A stretch of DNA of 64,000 bases from NCBI GenBank assembly GCA_040437565.1, contig JBDOQK010000018.1:1-64000 (forward strand), given 5' to 3'. Numbering within the stretch: the stretch's first letter is position 1; each line of letters opens with the position of its first letter. Under the pieces are notes generated by a model. That model was not told where the DNA came from, did not search any database, and was given only the letters and a program-made list of their open reading frames with translations. Shown here one piece after another: positions 44,406 through 54,976 of this stretch. A program made the translations under genes and the position numbers. The DNA is from Albugo candida. Lineage: Eukaryota.

Positions 44406-45552
44406 CTATAAAGCAGTTCCTCGCTCCAAATTTTGTCGGATTTCGACCGTGTATTTATCAAACGCTTTAGAAGCTTTTCGGTTGAAAAGTCGATTCTGAT
44501 CATTGATATAATCGACATCTTCTCCTTCATAATGCTGTCGTCGGCGACTAAATTTTTTCCGTGTTTTCATGCGTTCTTCCAATTCTTTCGACATTCGATC
44601 CAAACCTTCCTGTGTGACTTGGTGGCAGCGTACCNNNNNNNNNNNNNNNNNNNNNNNNNNNNNNNNNNNNNNNNNNNNNNNNNNNNNNNNNNNNNNNNNN
44701 NNNNNNNNNNNNNNNNNNNNNNNNNNNNNNNNNNATTTTGTCGGATTTCGACCGTGTATTTATCAAACGCTTTAGAAGCTTTTCGGTTGAAAAGTCGATT
44801 CTGATCATTGATATAATCGACATCTTCTCCTTCATAATGCTGTCGTCGGCGACTAAATTTTTTCCGTGTTTTCATGCGTTCTTCCAATTCTTTCGACATT
44901 CGATCCAAACCTTCCTGTGTGACTTGGTGGCAGCGTACCATAGTGTCTTCACTACGAACAGCGGTCTCTTCATCAGTCAGAGTTGTTGTCGGTAAATTCT
45001 GTAGACGCTTTTTGTATGCTTTGTATAAGGAATCCTACGTGGGAGAACTCGGATAAAAAGTCATTTGTTGTTTGATAGTACGCGAACCTGATTAAAAACA
45101 TCCCATCCAAAAGCTGCGCGTCTTTTATCTTTCTTCTGTTGCTTCTTTAATTGTTGTTCCACACATTCGGCTATCAGATATGTTATGAGTCGTTAAATGA
45201 AAGTCAGACTTGAGCCGTACCGCTTTCATTTAGATACACAGTTTTAAAACTTTTTCTCCTTTTTTTCTCCTTCAGGCCAGTACTTTTGATCAGAACCACT
45301 ATCAGAAATGTAACTCGCTTATTCGTTACCTTTTGCTCTCTAGAGTCACTGGGCTGACTTGCGTTATTCTTTTTGCCAGATTGAACCATCCGATCATGCT
45401 CTGCTATCAATTCCTGTTTCGTTGTAATCAGTAAAATTCTGAATGTTTATGCAAATACTTACTGTTTTATTCGCTTTTCGCCCAGCGTTTACTCGCATTC
45501 GTAACTCAAAAAGCTTCTTCTGAGCCGCTGACATTTCATTTTCTTCTACCAT
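44406..45552 (-). CDS. SYF2: Pre-mRNA splicing factor SYF2 (multi-exon; 3' part duplicated across gap)
   Basis: QKKLFELRMRVNAGRKANK; AAFGWDVFNQDSLYKAYKKR; KFSRRR...DVDYINDQNRLFNRKASKAFDKYTVEIRQNLERGTAL*. Confidence 0.93.
44430..44939. repeat. Gap-flank direct duplication 44430-44634 / 44735-44939
   Basis: 205 nt repeated inside SYF2. Confidence 0.9.
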
Positions 45553-45851
45553 TATGTGGCCGCATGTACTAAGTTTTGCGTCACTGATATAAATTCATAC
45601 AGGTTCCAATCATGGAAAAACGACGGAGATCCGAACTAGGTATTATATCACTACTTAGCAATAATCGAAACAAGTCAATCTTTGGTGCAATGTGGACCAC
45701 TTGATACCTGCTTACAGTTGCAGTGGTTACAAGCGTCAGTTTCAGTATTCCAAACCTTATTCAAATAATTCAATGGAAATAAAACTGTACGTGATTCTCA
45801 TAATCTACCGTCTAATGATGCTCATCGAGCTGACGTCTTCGTTGGAAACAT

Positions 45852-46369
45852 AGAAGATCCATCACAAAATACATGGATGACTGGTGCACGTCACGGCTTG
45901 AGCCGCTGTCATTTACTACAGAAAAGCCATTCAAAATGCTGATACAGCGAAGATTATTTTCCGAGATCGATTCCTTACACGGAAAAAGCTGTCGTTACTC
46001 GTGGTGTAATATTACTAACGATTGAAAGCCCCAGCATAAGCAAGACTCTTTGTTTGTTCANNNNNNNNNNNNNNNNNNNNNNNNNNNNNNNNNNNNNNNN
46101 NNNNNNNNNNNNNNNNNNNNNNNNNNNNNNNNNNNNNNNNNNNNNNNNNNNNNNNNNNNNAGAAGATCCATCACAAAATACATGGATGACTGGTGCACGT
46201 CACGGCTTGAGCCGCTGTCATTTACTACAGAAAAGCCATTCAAAATGCTGATACAGCGAAGATTATTTTCCGAGATCGATTCCTTACACGGAAAAAGCTG
46301 TCGTTACTCGTGGTGTAATATTACTAACGATTGAAAGCCCCAGCATAAGCAAGACTCTTTGTTTGTTCA
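45852..46369. repeat. Gap-flank direct duplication 45852-46060 / 46161-46369
   Basis: 209 nt repeated, intergenic. Confidence 0.9.
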
Positions 46370-47198
46370 CGGACTCTAAGTGTGCGTGTTGATCATTTCT
46401 TATTAGTTTGTAGCCGGAAATTGTACGCTCGATCATTACTCTAGCCCTTGACCTTATCCGCAGAAAAGACGGCACACGCAAGTGGGTAGGTGTAGATCGA
46501 TCGGAGAAAGAATTTATTGTACATATTAGATACCACAGGTGAATTAACGAAGTGAGTCACAAAATTCTGGCAGCACACGGCGCGATGTATGCACTATAAA
46601 AGGTTCTCTGCTGTCGATATATCACTGCTTTGTGTTAGGTGTAATCCCATTTACTACGGGTAGGGGAGCTTGCTACGGGGGTAGGCTACTTATTTATTTC
46701 CAAGATGACTCTTTTACAGCAACATGTTTGCTCGCATGTATTACGATGGAATGTACCACATTCCTTTTTACTCAGCAGATCGTACTTCCTGGACTCCCAG
46801 CGATTGCTATTACACTTGCATTGTTTGAAATTTATAGCCAGTGAAGGAGGAGTATTCGTTCGCTGTGCGTATCCTTTGCCTTTGCCTTTTGCTCAAATCG
46901 TCAAGAGATACGGTGAAACCTTCATCGTCGCGATTATCCACATTTTTTAGAATCTTGAGGACTGACCCTCAGCGCTTTATATTTCAAAACTTGCGTCAGT
47001 GAGTTTCGGGTTGTCTATCAAACTACTCGAGCACAAAATCGTATTTGTAAAGAGTTGGTCACTTGGACATAGTCACAAGTCGGTTAACATTCGTTGCGTG
47101 CTTCACATTACCCAACTTGGTGTGGGACCTTGCTGCATACATCATTTCCTTTCAAGTGTGACTGATAGTCAAAACATAAAAGTTGTTCCGAGTACAAC

Positions 47199-48524
47199 AT
47201 GAATGCGTTTTTTTGGTCCCGACGAAAGAAATCCTCAAAAGAGATCATTTTGACTATCGATGAGTTGATCAACCACTTGGCTCCATCTGATCTCATTGCA
47301 CAGACATTAAGCGCATTATCCATTCAAGACGTACTTGAAGATAGAAGGATGGAATGCAACAACTCCACAGCACGATACGAATCAGACGAACCAGGCGACT
47401 CTGAAAACGATGGCAATAGCGATGAAGTTTTACGTGCTACTATGGATCAGGATAGACACCCACATGAGACCTCGAATGCTGTGGAAAACACTATTCCTGA
47501 AGAATTGGAACGCTGCTGGTTCCAATTGCGATCGATTTTCCACGGATGGGATGAAAGTCAAAGTGATCGAGAAAGGAGGATGAATCGGGTTACACAGCTT
47601 ATCTTGCGTCATCGCATCATGGAGAAAACGCTTCTACCAGCAGTGATGTCGAAATTAACTTTTGAAACACGAAAATGTATTGGAAATGTCTTTCGTGCAA
47701 TGACGGTACATAATCTGCAAGGTTTCACCCAGTTTCTGGAGAATCAACCAGAGATTATGATCTGGCTGACAGAAGGATATAAAAGCAGTGACACTGCGTT
47801 GACATGTGGCTCCATGTTGCGGGATTGTTTCGAATACGAGTGTTTGGCGGTTCATTTTCTAAGAGACTTAAAGTCAGAATTCGCGTACTTGTTTCAAGTG
47901 GTTCAAACGAATTCCAACTTTGAAGTTGCGTCCGATGCTTTTATGAACATAACGCGATTATTGATGGCACACAAAAAAGCAACAGTCGATTGCTTGGATC
48001 ACGATTTCGATCGTATTTTTGGCTTACTAAATGGACTACTTGACACTAGCAATTATGTTACGAAACGACAAGCACTTCAACTTTTATCTGAATTACTATT
48101 GGATCCCGTCAATTTCGTCGTTATGCAGCGATATATATCTGCACGTAACAACCTACGACTTGTCATGTTACTATTGCGCGAACCAAGCGATGCGTTGCGT
48201 ATGGACGCTTTTCACGTTTTCAAAATTTTTGTCGCAAATCCACACAAGTCGAATGAAGTTAAGCAGTTGCTTATGCGTAATCGTGACAAATTGCTTTCGT
48301 ATGTGAAAGAATTTGGAAAGAACGAAACAAATCGCGACTTTCTGCAGGAACGATCACTATTGATCTTCACGCTCCAGCGCATGAATGAGCCGCTTACTCA
48401 AGATGTCAGTCCGCCCAATTCCGGCCCAATTTCATCACTTACATCGTCTGGTTCGTCATCAGTTTCGTCCTCATCCTCTGATATCGGAACCGCTCTTCCA
48501 CCAATGTCCAAAGCCGAAGTATAA
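47199..48524 (+). CDS. Mo25/CAB39-like scaffold protein
   Basis: LTFETRKCIGNVF, ALTCGSMLRDC, NFEVASDAF, NYVTKRQALQLLSELLLD, DAFHVFKIFVANPHK, RNRDKLL. Confidence 0.92.
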   Translation: MNAFFWSRRKKSSKEIILTIDELINHLAPSDLIAQTLSALSIQDVLEDRRMECNNSTARYESDEPGDSENDGNSDEVLRATMDQDRHPHETSNAVENTIPEELERCWFQLRSIFHGWDESQSDRERRMNRVTQLILRHRIMEKTLLPAVMSKLTFETRKCIGNVFRAMTVHNLQGFTQFLENQPEIMIWLTEGYKSSDTALTCGSMLRDCFEYECLAVHFLRDLKSEFAYLFQVVQTNSNFEVASDAFMNITRLLMAHKKATVDCLDHDFDRIFGLLNGLLDTSNYVTKRQALQLLSELLLDPVNFVVMQRYISARNNLRLVMLLLREPSDALRMDAFHVFKIFVANPHKSNEVKQLLMRNRDKLLSYVKEFGKNETNRDFLQERSLLIFTLQRMNEPLTQDVSPPNSGPISSLTSSGSSSVSSSSSDIGTALPPMSKAEV

Positions 48525-48712
48525 ACTCCAGAAACATGGCGAGGAGTAAGTTGACGAGTTCGGTTAGACATGATATAGATTATTATCCCAATGCTGTGTA
48601 TAGACTCTGTAAAGTAATTTGTGCATGATATAAATCTGCTGGTCGATCGGCTGTAATGCATCTCTATCTTTTTATACACTCTACTATTGTATTGCCGTGC
48701 AACTCCATCGAA

Positions 48713-49764
48713 ATGAGAGGGTGGCGGCGATTTGATGCGTACGCGAAAGCCGTTGAGGGAATACAAGAGCGCACAATCGGCGGTGGAATCATAACGCTAC
48801 TAAGCTTCTTATTTGTGTTTTTCCTTTTCATTTCTGAAGTCTCTGTATGGTGGACCGTCAACGTTCTTCATCGCATGCACGTGGACACGATGCCGGTAGG
48901 CTATAAATCACTCTATCAACTTTATGACTTGAGCAAATTTCATGCAGCAAGAATCTCCCATCACATTAGACGTCGATATATCCATGCTTCATGAATCGTG
49001 TAAAGGTACTCGCTCTTGTAATTAGTTCTATCAGTCCCTCACGCTTCTCACAGATATCAAAGTCGACGTGAGTGATGTCCAAGGTGACACATCCATTCTT
49101 ATCGCAAAGGACTTGCAAGAAATCCCACTTATCGATCCTGAAAACCCGTATAATGAAGGGTGTCGATACAAAGGTACACTCACAATTCAAAAGCTCCAAG
49201 GAGATATTTTCTTTTGTCATGGTGGAAGTTTATCGATTTTCAACTTAATGGAAATGTTTGAATTCAACTCGTCACACGTAATCACAAAGTTGAATTTTGG
49301 GCCGTCAATTCCAGAAATGGAAACGCCGCTTACAGATGTGCATAAAACGGTTATGGCTCAAGGTACGTTTCTATGATAATGAAGATCTATTTCTCAGTGA
49401 ATGCGGTAGTTGCCACCTACAAGTACTTTGCCAAAGTCGTTCCAAGTCGATATGTGTATTTGGATGGAGCGAGCACAATGACGTATCAGTACTCGGTGAC
49501 GGAGCATCTTGTCCAGGTAGATGTGAATTGCGGATAGAAACAAACGGTATTAAGAGCTGATACTTGTAGACGGAAGGGTTTGTCACAAATATTCCAGGTG
49601 TCATCATTTCGTATGATTTCTCGCCAATTGCAGTCGAGTATATCGAAACAAAGCCCAACATTTTCCACTTCATTACCAATACATGCGCAATCGTGGGCGG
49701 AGTGATAGCGGTGGCAAGAATCTTTGATGCAGCTCTTTACAGCATGTCGAAGAAGCTAGATTAG
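48713..49764 (+). CDS. ER-Golgi intermediate compartment protein (Erv41/Erv46/ERGIC family), multi-exon
   Basis: RRFDAYAK..ERTIGGGIITL; EGCRYKGTL; FNSSHVITKLNFG; YKYFAKVVPS; PGVIISYDFSPI; HFITNTCAIVGGV; C-terminal KKLD* (KKXX). Confidence 0.92.
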
Positions 49765-49835
49765 CTGGCTCAATGGCCCATGTGCCCATTGGCGATAGAA
49801 AACACGATTGTTGTTCTGGCTTACATTTTTTCCTA

Positions 49836-51229
49836 TCACTGCTCAGAATCCGACGGGAAACATTCTGAGAACATTTTGCCGATACATTCGATGACATCCG
49901 TAGCAAGCATCGATCTGCCGCTGGCTTGATATGCTTGGAACGAGCTGTAATCACCAGTCGATCGCTGAGGAACGACGCCATTTGAGAATTACGCACACAC
50001 CTCATTCTAGTCAATAATGATCCTGCATACGCGGCCAAGAGATAAGGATTCGGACTTCCTTGCATCACTCTAGTAACAGGCGTCAGGAATGATTACCCGT
50101 TGTATTTCTTGTATACCCGTCCGATTCAACGTTTTTTGCCCAGGCAGCGAACGTCGCGATACAGCCGCTCATGATCTAGAGTGTTGCCTGAAGGTAGTAC
50201 ATTCATTCTGAAGCTTTTTACGTACATCTCCTTGTCCACCACAACGCCGAGGAGAGCTATGTTCCTCAATGACCAAATCTGCACATAAAAATGAGCTTGA
50301 TTTCAGAACATCTATGGAAAAAGCCTCAGACTTGTGACGCCATCCGAGATAGAATCCGCCAATGCTTTTCGTACTACAATTGGATTTCCCAATCTACAGC
50401 CGTGTTCATACGCATCTCTGCTCGTGATATCGTGGGGCTTTTACCGTTCGGATAGAATCGCAGGATCGATTTCACTCGCTTTTTTTGGATCGGCTTCTTC
50501 GATAATATGAAGTGCTGCACACAATCGAGCATATTCCATCTACACGATCCATCAGACCCGATAGTATGCATTGTCAAAGGTCGACTTGCCGCATTTGGAG
50601 TGAGAATAAGGTGCGTATAGCCTTTAATTAGGTCGGGCTCACTACTGATAAAGTAGAGGGCATCTCCATCAAGGATCAGCGGCATTTGAGCGGATCGAAG
50701 TTGCGGAAGAAGCTGTCGCAAAGTCTCACGGACGCTTTTATCACGACCGAGTCCAGGTCCAATTACAAGAACGTCCAAGCGCGGAACAACAGCCATCACT
50801 TTCTCTACCGATAAGTTGATGCTCTCGGATCGACTTGGTTCAGTTTCATTCGCTAATATTTGATCCGAGCGTAAGAATGGGTGAACTTATGTTCAGGGCT
50901 GTAGCTTTTGATTGAAAATGCGGCTTCTTCTGCGCAGAAAACGTGACATAGATCCGCGCCCTGTGCATGTATCTGGTTAGAGGCGCTTTTGACGACGTGG
51001 GTGCAGCAACGAACTGTTCTCAGTGCTGAAATGCCTGCGTAATATGGTGCACCTGTGTACTCGATTGAGCCCCCCAGAATGCCGATTTTACCTAATTTTG
51101 AAGGGATCTTAGTAAGAATGTGAGTGAATATGGTATTATCGTATGACTACCGTGTTGTCCCTTCCTAGATGCGCCAGAAAGCGTAGGAATGAGGCGCGCA
51201 ATGTGACTACGCAGTTGGTTGTAGTGCAT
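49836..51229 (-). CDS. NAXD: ATP-dependent NAD(P)HX dehydratase (NAXD/CARKD); 1-nt frameshift in this assembly
   Basis: [71 protein letters not shown]; frame break at 50887-50891. Confidence 0.9.
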
Positions 51230-52287
51230 TTTGAAATTAATCTATAGAAGTAGGCTATTGATTGAGATTATGATAATTGGGCCCTATCGAGATCTAAGGT
51301 TTTCAATACACTGTTGATCTGGTTCTTCAACTACCTTCCATATCATGAGCCCCTGATGGTTGTGCCCTATCTGTGTGGCACTCTAACTTTTCACTACCGC
51401 TTAGAACTAATCACCCCTTTAGAAAGCCTTGGAACATACAGAGCGTCGATACTGGGCAATATCGTTAAGCTTGACATGCTAGAGGCACGCCCAGCAGAAT
51501 ACTCTTCAGTGTCGGCAATTCAGCTCACTTTTCCGTCGCTTGCTTTGAATTGTTGAGAGACGAATGCAAAAGAGAAGTTAATAATCGATAATTCCGACTG
51601 TATGCACATTTCTGTGGTCGACTGCGAAGCAATCAGCCGTGTGAATTGACTCTGGTCACATGATTTCATCTTCATGCAAATTCAAATCCATACACCACTA
51701 AATAAGTTCAGATTCCAAGCGACCCCGCAATCGCAATTCATTTAAGGCAACACAATTGTCCTAATTGGCGTGAGTGGCGAGTGGTTTTTTTCGTTGCGCG
51801 TACTTCAAGTCCCTGTTCATTCTGAGCATCACCAATGCGAGTTTTGATTGATTACTCTGCTTCGAATCGGAAAGACTTTCCTGTCAGAACTTGAGGAGTT
51901 ATAATGATAATAGTTTTTTGACAGTATTCTATGCTGATGCATCACTTGATCATGCATGGAAGGAGATTACAGCATAACACAATGATTTAACCATCATTCT
52001 GGCTACGTATCCGATACTGGAATCGTTCATTCAATGCCAAGTGCAATCTCAGAGTTACGGTCTCTTTTCGAGATGCAAAGTGCTTTGCCACAAAGGAGAA
52101 GTATACCGCATTCTGATTGAATAAATAAGATTAGGATATTAGCAAATAACTGTGTCGGCTTTGAACGCATGCCGCTTCTATTAAGAGGCTCCCTCCACAA
52201 TACGATACTCGTTTATAATGAAATCACCTTAAAACGCAATTCAGGTCACAGTAAAAGTCCAGAATTAAGTACTATCAAAATTAATTA

Positions 52288-53088
52288 ATGAAGACATTGC
52301 GTCATGAAGATGTCGATGACAATGGCAAGCCCATTCTCGACACCGGTTCGCTGCAAGAAGGGAATGTCGAACCTGAAATTGTACTGGATACATTCGATGA
52401 CGTTAAACTCGCCATTTGTACCAATTCCTGCAAACCAGTGGAAGGATCAGAACTCAGTGAAGGCAAAGTTTATGTCACATCACGGTAAGCTTCACCTCTT
52501 CATCTTAGCGCCCATTTATCTCCTTTTTGGAATCAGACGAGCAGTATGGATCGCCAACACGTCCATCGACGCGTTTCGAGGTTACTCGTGGGATATAAAA
52601 TGCATCACGCTCCACGCGATATCGCGTGATCCCACAGCATTTCCTGTCCCTTGCCTCTATTGCCAGGTCTACCGTTTACTGCAAAACAATACACATCCCT
52701 CAATTTCTTCTATTATTCAGATCGAAGCAGAGAACGCCACAGAAATGCGATTTGTACCGAGCCAAAGCGAAGACTGTACACAATTTCACTGAAAAATCTG
52801 AGAATTCGTCTTATATTCATTTGCGCAGTGACTCGATTGTATTTGGCTTTCTCCAAAAGCGCAGAGATGAATCCAGATGAAGAAGACGTCCCCGAAGGTG
52901 CAGGAGAAGAAGGAGATTGGATCTACGATGAAGATGAGATACTCCAGGATGCACAGGCTGCAGAAATGGCTGCTCATTACGACTCAATCTTAGAAGTATC
53001 ATCTGAAATGGAGCAAATGCAATTTGTTACGGGGCAGTTTGACGACGCTGAAGAAGATGATCCAGCGGCCGAAGATCACCTTTTATAG
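52288..53088 (+). CDS. CLNS1A: pICln / methylosome subunit (Voldacs domain), multi-exon
   Basis: GKVYVTSR, ITLHAISRD, FPVPCLYCQ, EMRFVP, LYLAFSKSAEMNPD, acidic tail GQFDDAEED. Confidence 0.9.
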
Positions 53089-53123
53089 GTTATAATTTAA
53101 TATGGAGATTTTGAAGGCGAAGA

Positions 53124-54667
53124 CTAGCTAACAACACGAAGATAACTCGATTCGACGACTACAGTCTGCCTAGACTTTGACACATGCGATGCAACAGGCA
53201 ATTTTTCAGCTTTCTGATCGCATTTGTTCATTGAGACAGGTTTCCGTACGAGTCTTCCGGTCGGAAATCCATCGATAAGCTCCGGAACATCGATCTCAAA
53301 AGAGAAGTCTTTCAAATAGCAACATACGAGATTGTGCATGTGATTGTACGCTGATGTTCGCTCGACTTGTGACATTGTGTGCAAGCGTTTCGTGCTTCCA
53401 AACAGAATCATACGGACGTTTTTCGGCCTTGTGAGGCATAAATCGCTGGTCGTTAGATTGTGGGAGTGCTGAGGAGGGATGTCGCAGTCGTCGAGAGGTC
53501 GTAATGTTCGGAAAACACGCTCTTTACTCGCTTTCCTGTCGATTACATTTGCGTCAGCCTTTGTGAATCGATCGAGTAATGGGACGATCAGGATGGTAGG
53601 ATCATTGACAGTGTGCATGAACAGTAGAACCGACATAAGAACGCGGATTGTGCTCGAGTTGAGCTCCTGAAAGAGCATTTGTGCGCCGGCAATGAGTCCA
53701 TTTACAACAGCAAAACCTCCAGAAACCATCAAGACGCTATTGGCTGTAAATTGCTCCGGATGGCGCNNNNNNNNNNNNNNNNNNNNNNNNNNNNNNNNNN
53801 NNNNNNNNNNNNNNNNNNNNNNNNNNNNNNNNNNNNNNNNNNNNNNNNNNNNNNNNNNNNNNNNNNACTCGCTTTCCTGTCGATTACATTTGCGTCAGCC
53901 TTTGTGAATCGATCGAGTAATGGGACGATCAGGATGGTAGGATCATTGACAGTGTGCATGAACAGTAGAACCGACATAAGAACGCGGATTGTGCTCGAGT
54001 TGAGCTCCTGAAAGAGCATTTGTGCGCCGGCAATGAGTCCATTTACAACAGCAAAACCTCCAGAAACCATCAAGACGCTATTGGCTGTAAATTGCTCCGG
54101 ATGGCGCACTATATGGAGCAAGAAGCCTCCAGCCAGAGTATCTGTTGTTGCATTGTGGTGCATCGTGTGATATAACGATACGCAGTTATCTCGCAAGTCT
54201 CTGAAAAACACTCTCACATCTGAAATTCCAATGGACGGATGATGAAATGTTAACAAAATCCACTGAAACGCTCTCAGAGCATAACTGATACCATCCATGC
54301 TCGTGGATACGATGCTTTCCAGAGTGTTTGTCACGGTATGCTATTTAATGGCTCAATTAGTACTCTTCAAATTAAACTGTTGCAAATTGCTCACCGATAG
54401 CTTTTTCAATAGCGAGAGGCTTCCATAGTATTCAAAGTTGCGTCGACTTTTCAATTTAAAATAATTCCATAATGTTTCTTTTGGATGCGTGAGTACAAAT
54501 TCCGTCATAAATCGATCTTTTTCCAAAATCTGCTGTTCTTCGGAGGAAATGTTTTGCCTCTCATAAATAAATGCTTGTAATACACGACATGTGGTGGGAG
54601 TCGCGTCGAGGCTGAGCGTGTGAGTCAAAAACGCGTTTAGATACGCAAAACGTAATATACGTCGCAT
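53124..54667 (-). CDS. Orphan secreted or membrane protein, 2 exons (segment duplicated across gap)
   Basis: Signal-like MRRILRFAYLNAFLTHTLS; intron GTGAGC...CTAAT...TAG joins ORF 54353-54691 to 53729-54334 in frame (KKLS|HTVTNTLE); internal hydrophobic segments. Confidence 0.6.
53526..54107. repeat. Gap-flank direct duplication 53526-53766 / 53867-54107
   Basis: 241 nt repeated inside the orphan gene. Confidence 0.9.
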
Positions 54668-54976
54668 CGCGTTTGCAAAAATGACAGTCAAATGCTTAGG
54701 AATCGGATGTTAACATTGATGTTGCTGCATCGTCAGTGGGACGAGCTCTCGTTCTATCCATTAGATCCATCTCAACGCACTGTTCGAAAAAACTGCGTGA
54801 GACTCGGTGTCGTTTGATTGTATCAGCACGGCGACCGATACAACAAGTAAAAGCCCTCGACATCTTTTTGTCCAATTGTAACAGACATAAATTCGGAATG
54901 TTTGTCAAACGTACAGCCAATGAGAAGGCATAAGCAGCAATGCGAGCGCATAAACAACCAATCAGTCGCACGCAAA

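Noticed and set aside
45780-46500. Short ORFs between SYF2 and Mo25
   Set aside because: No homology recognised; partly created by the gap duplication
9557-53088. Gemin2, Tudor protein, SYF2 and pICln as an snRNP-assembly cluster
   Set aside because: Spread over more than 40 kb among unrelated genes, and the Tudor protein lacks SMN's YG box; likely coincidence
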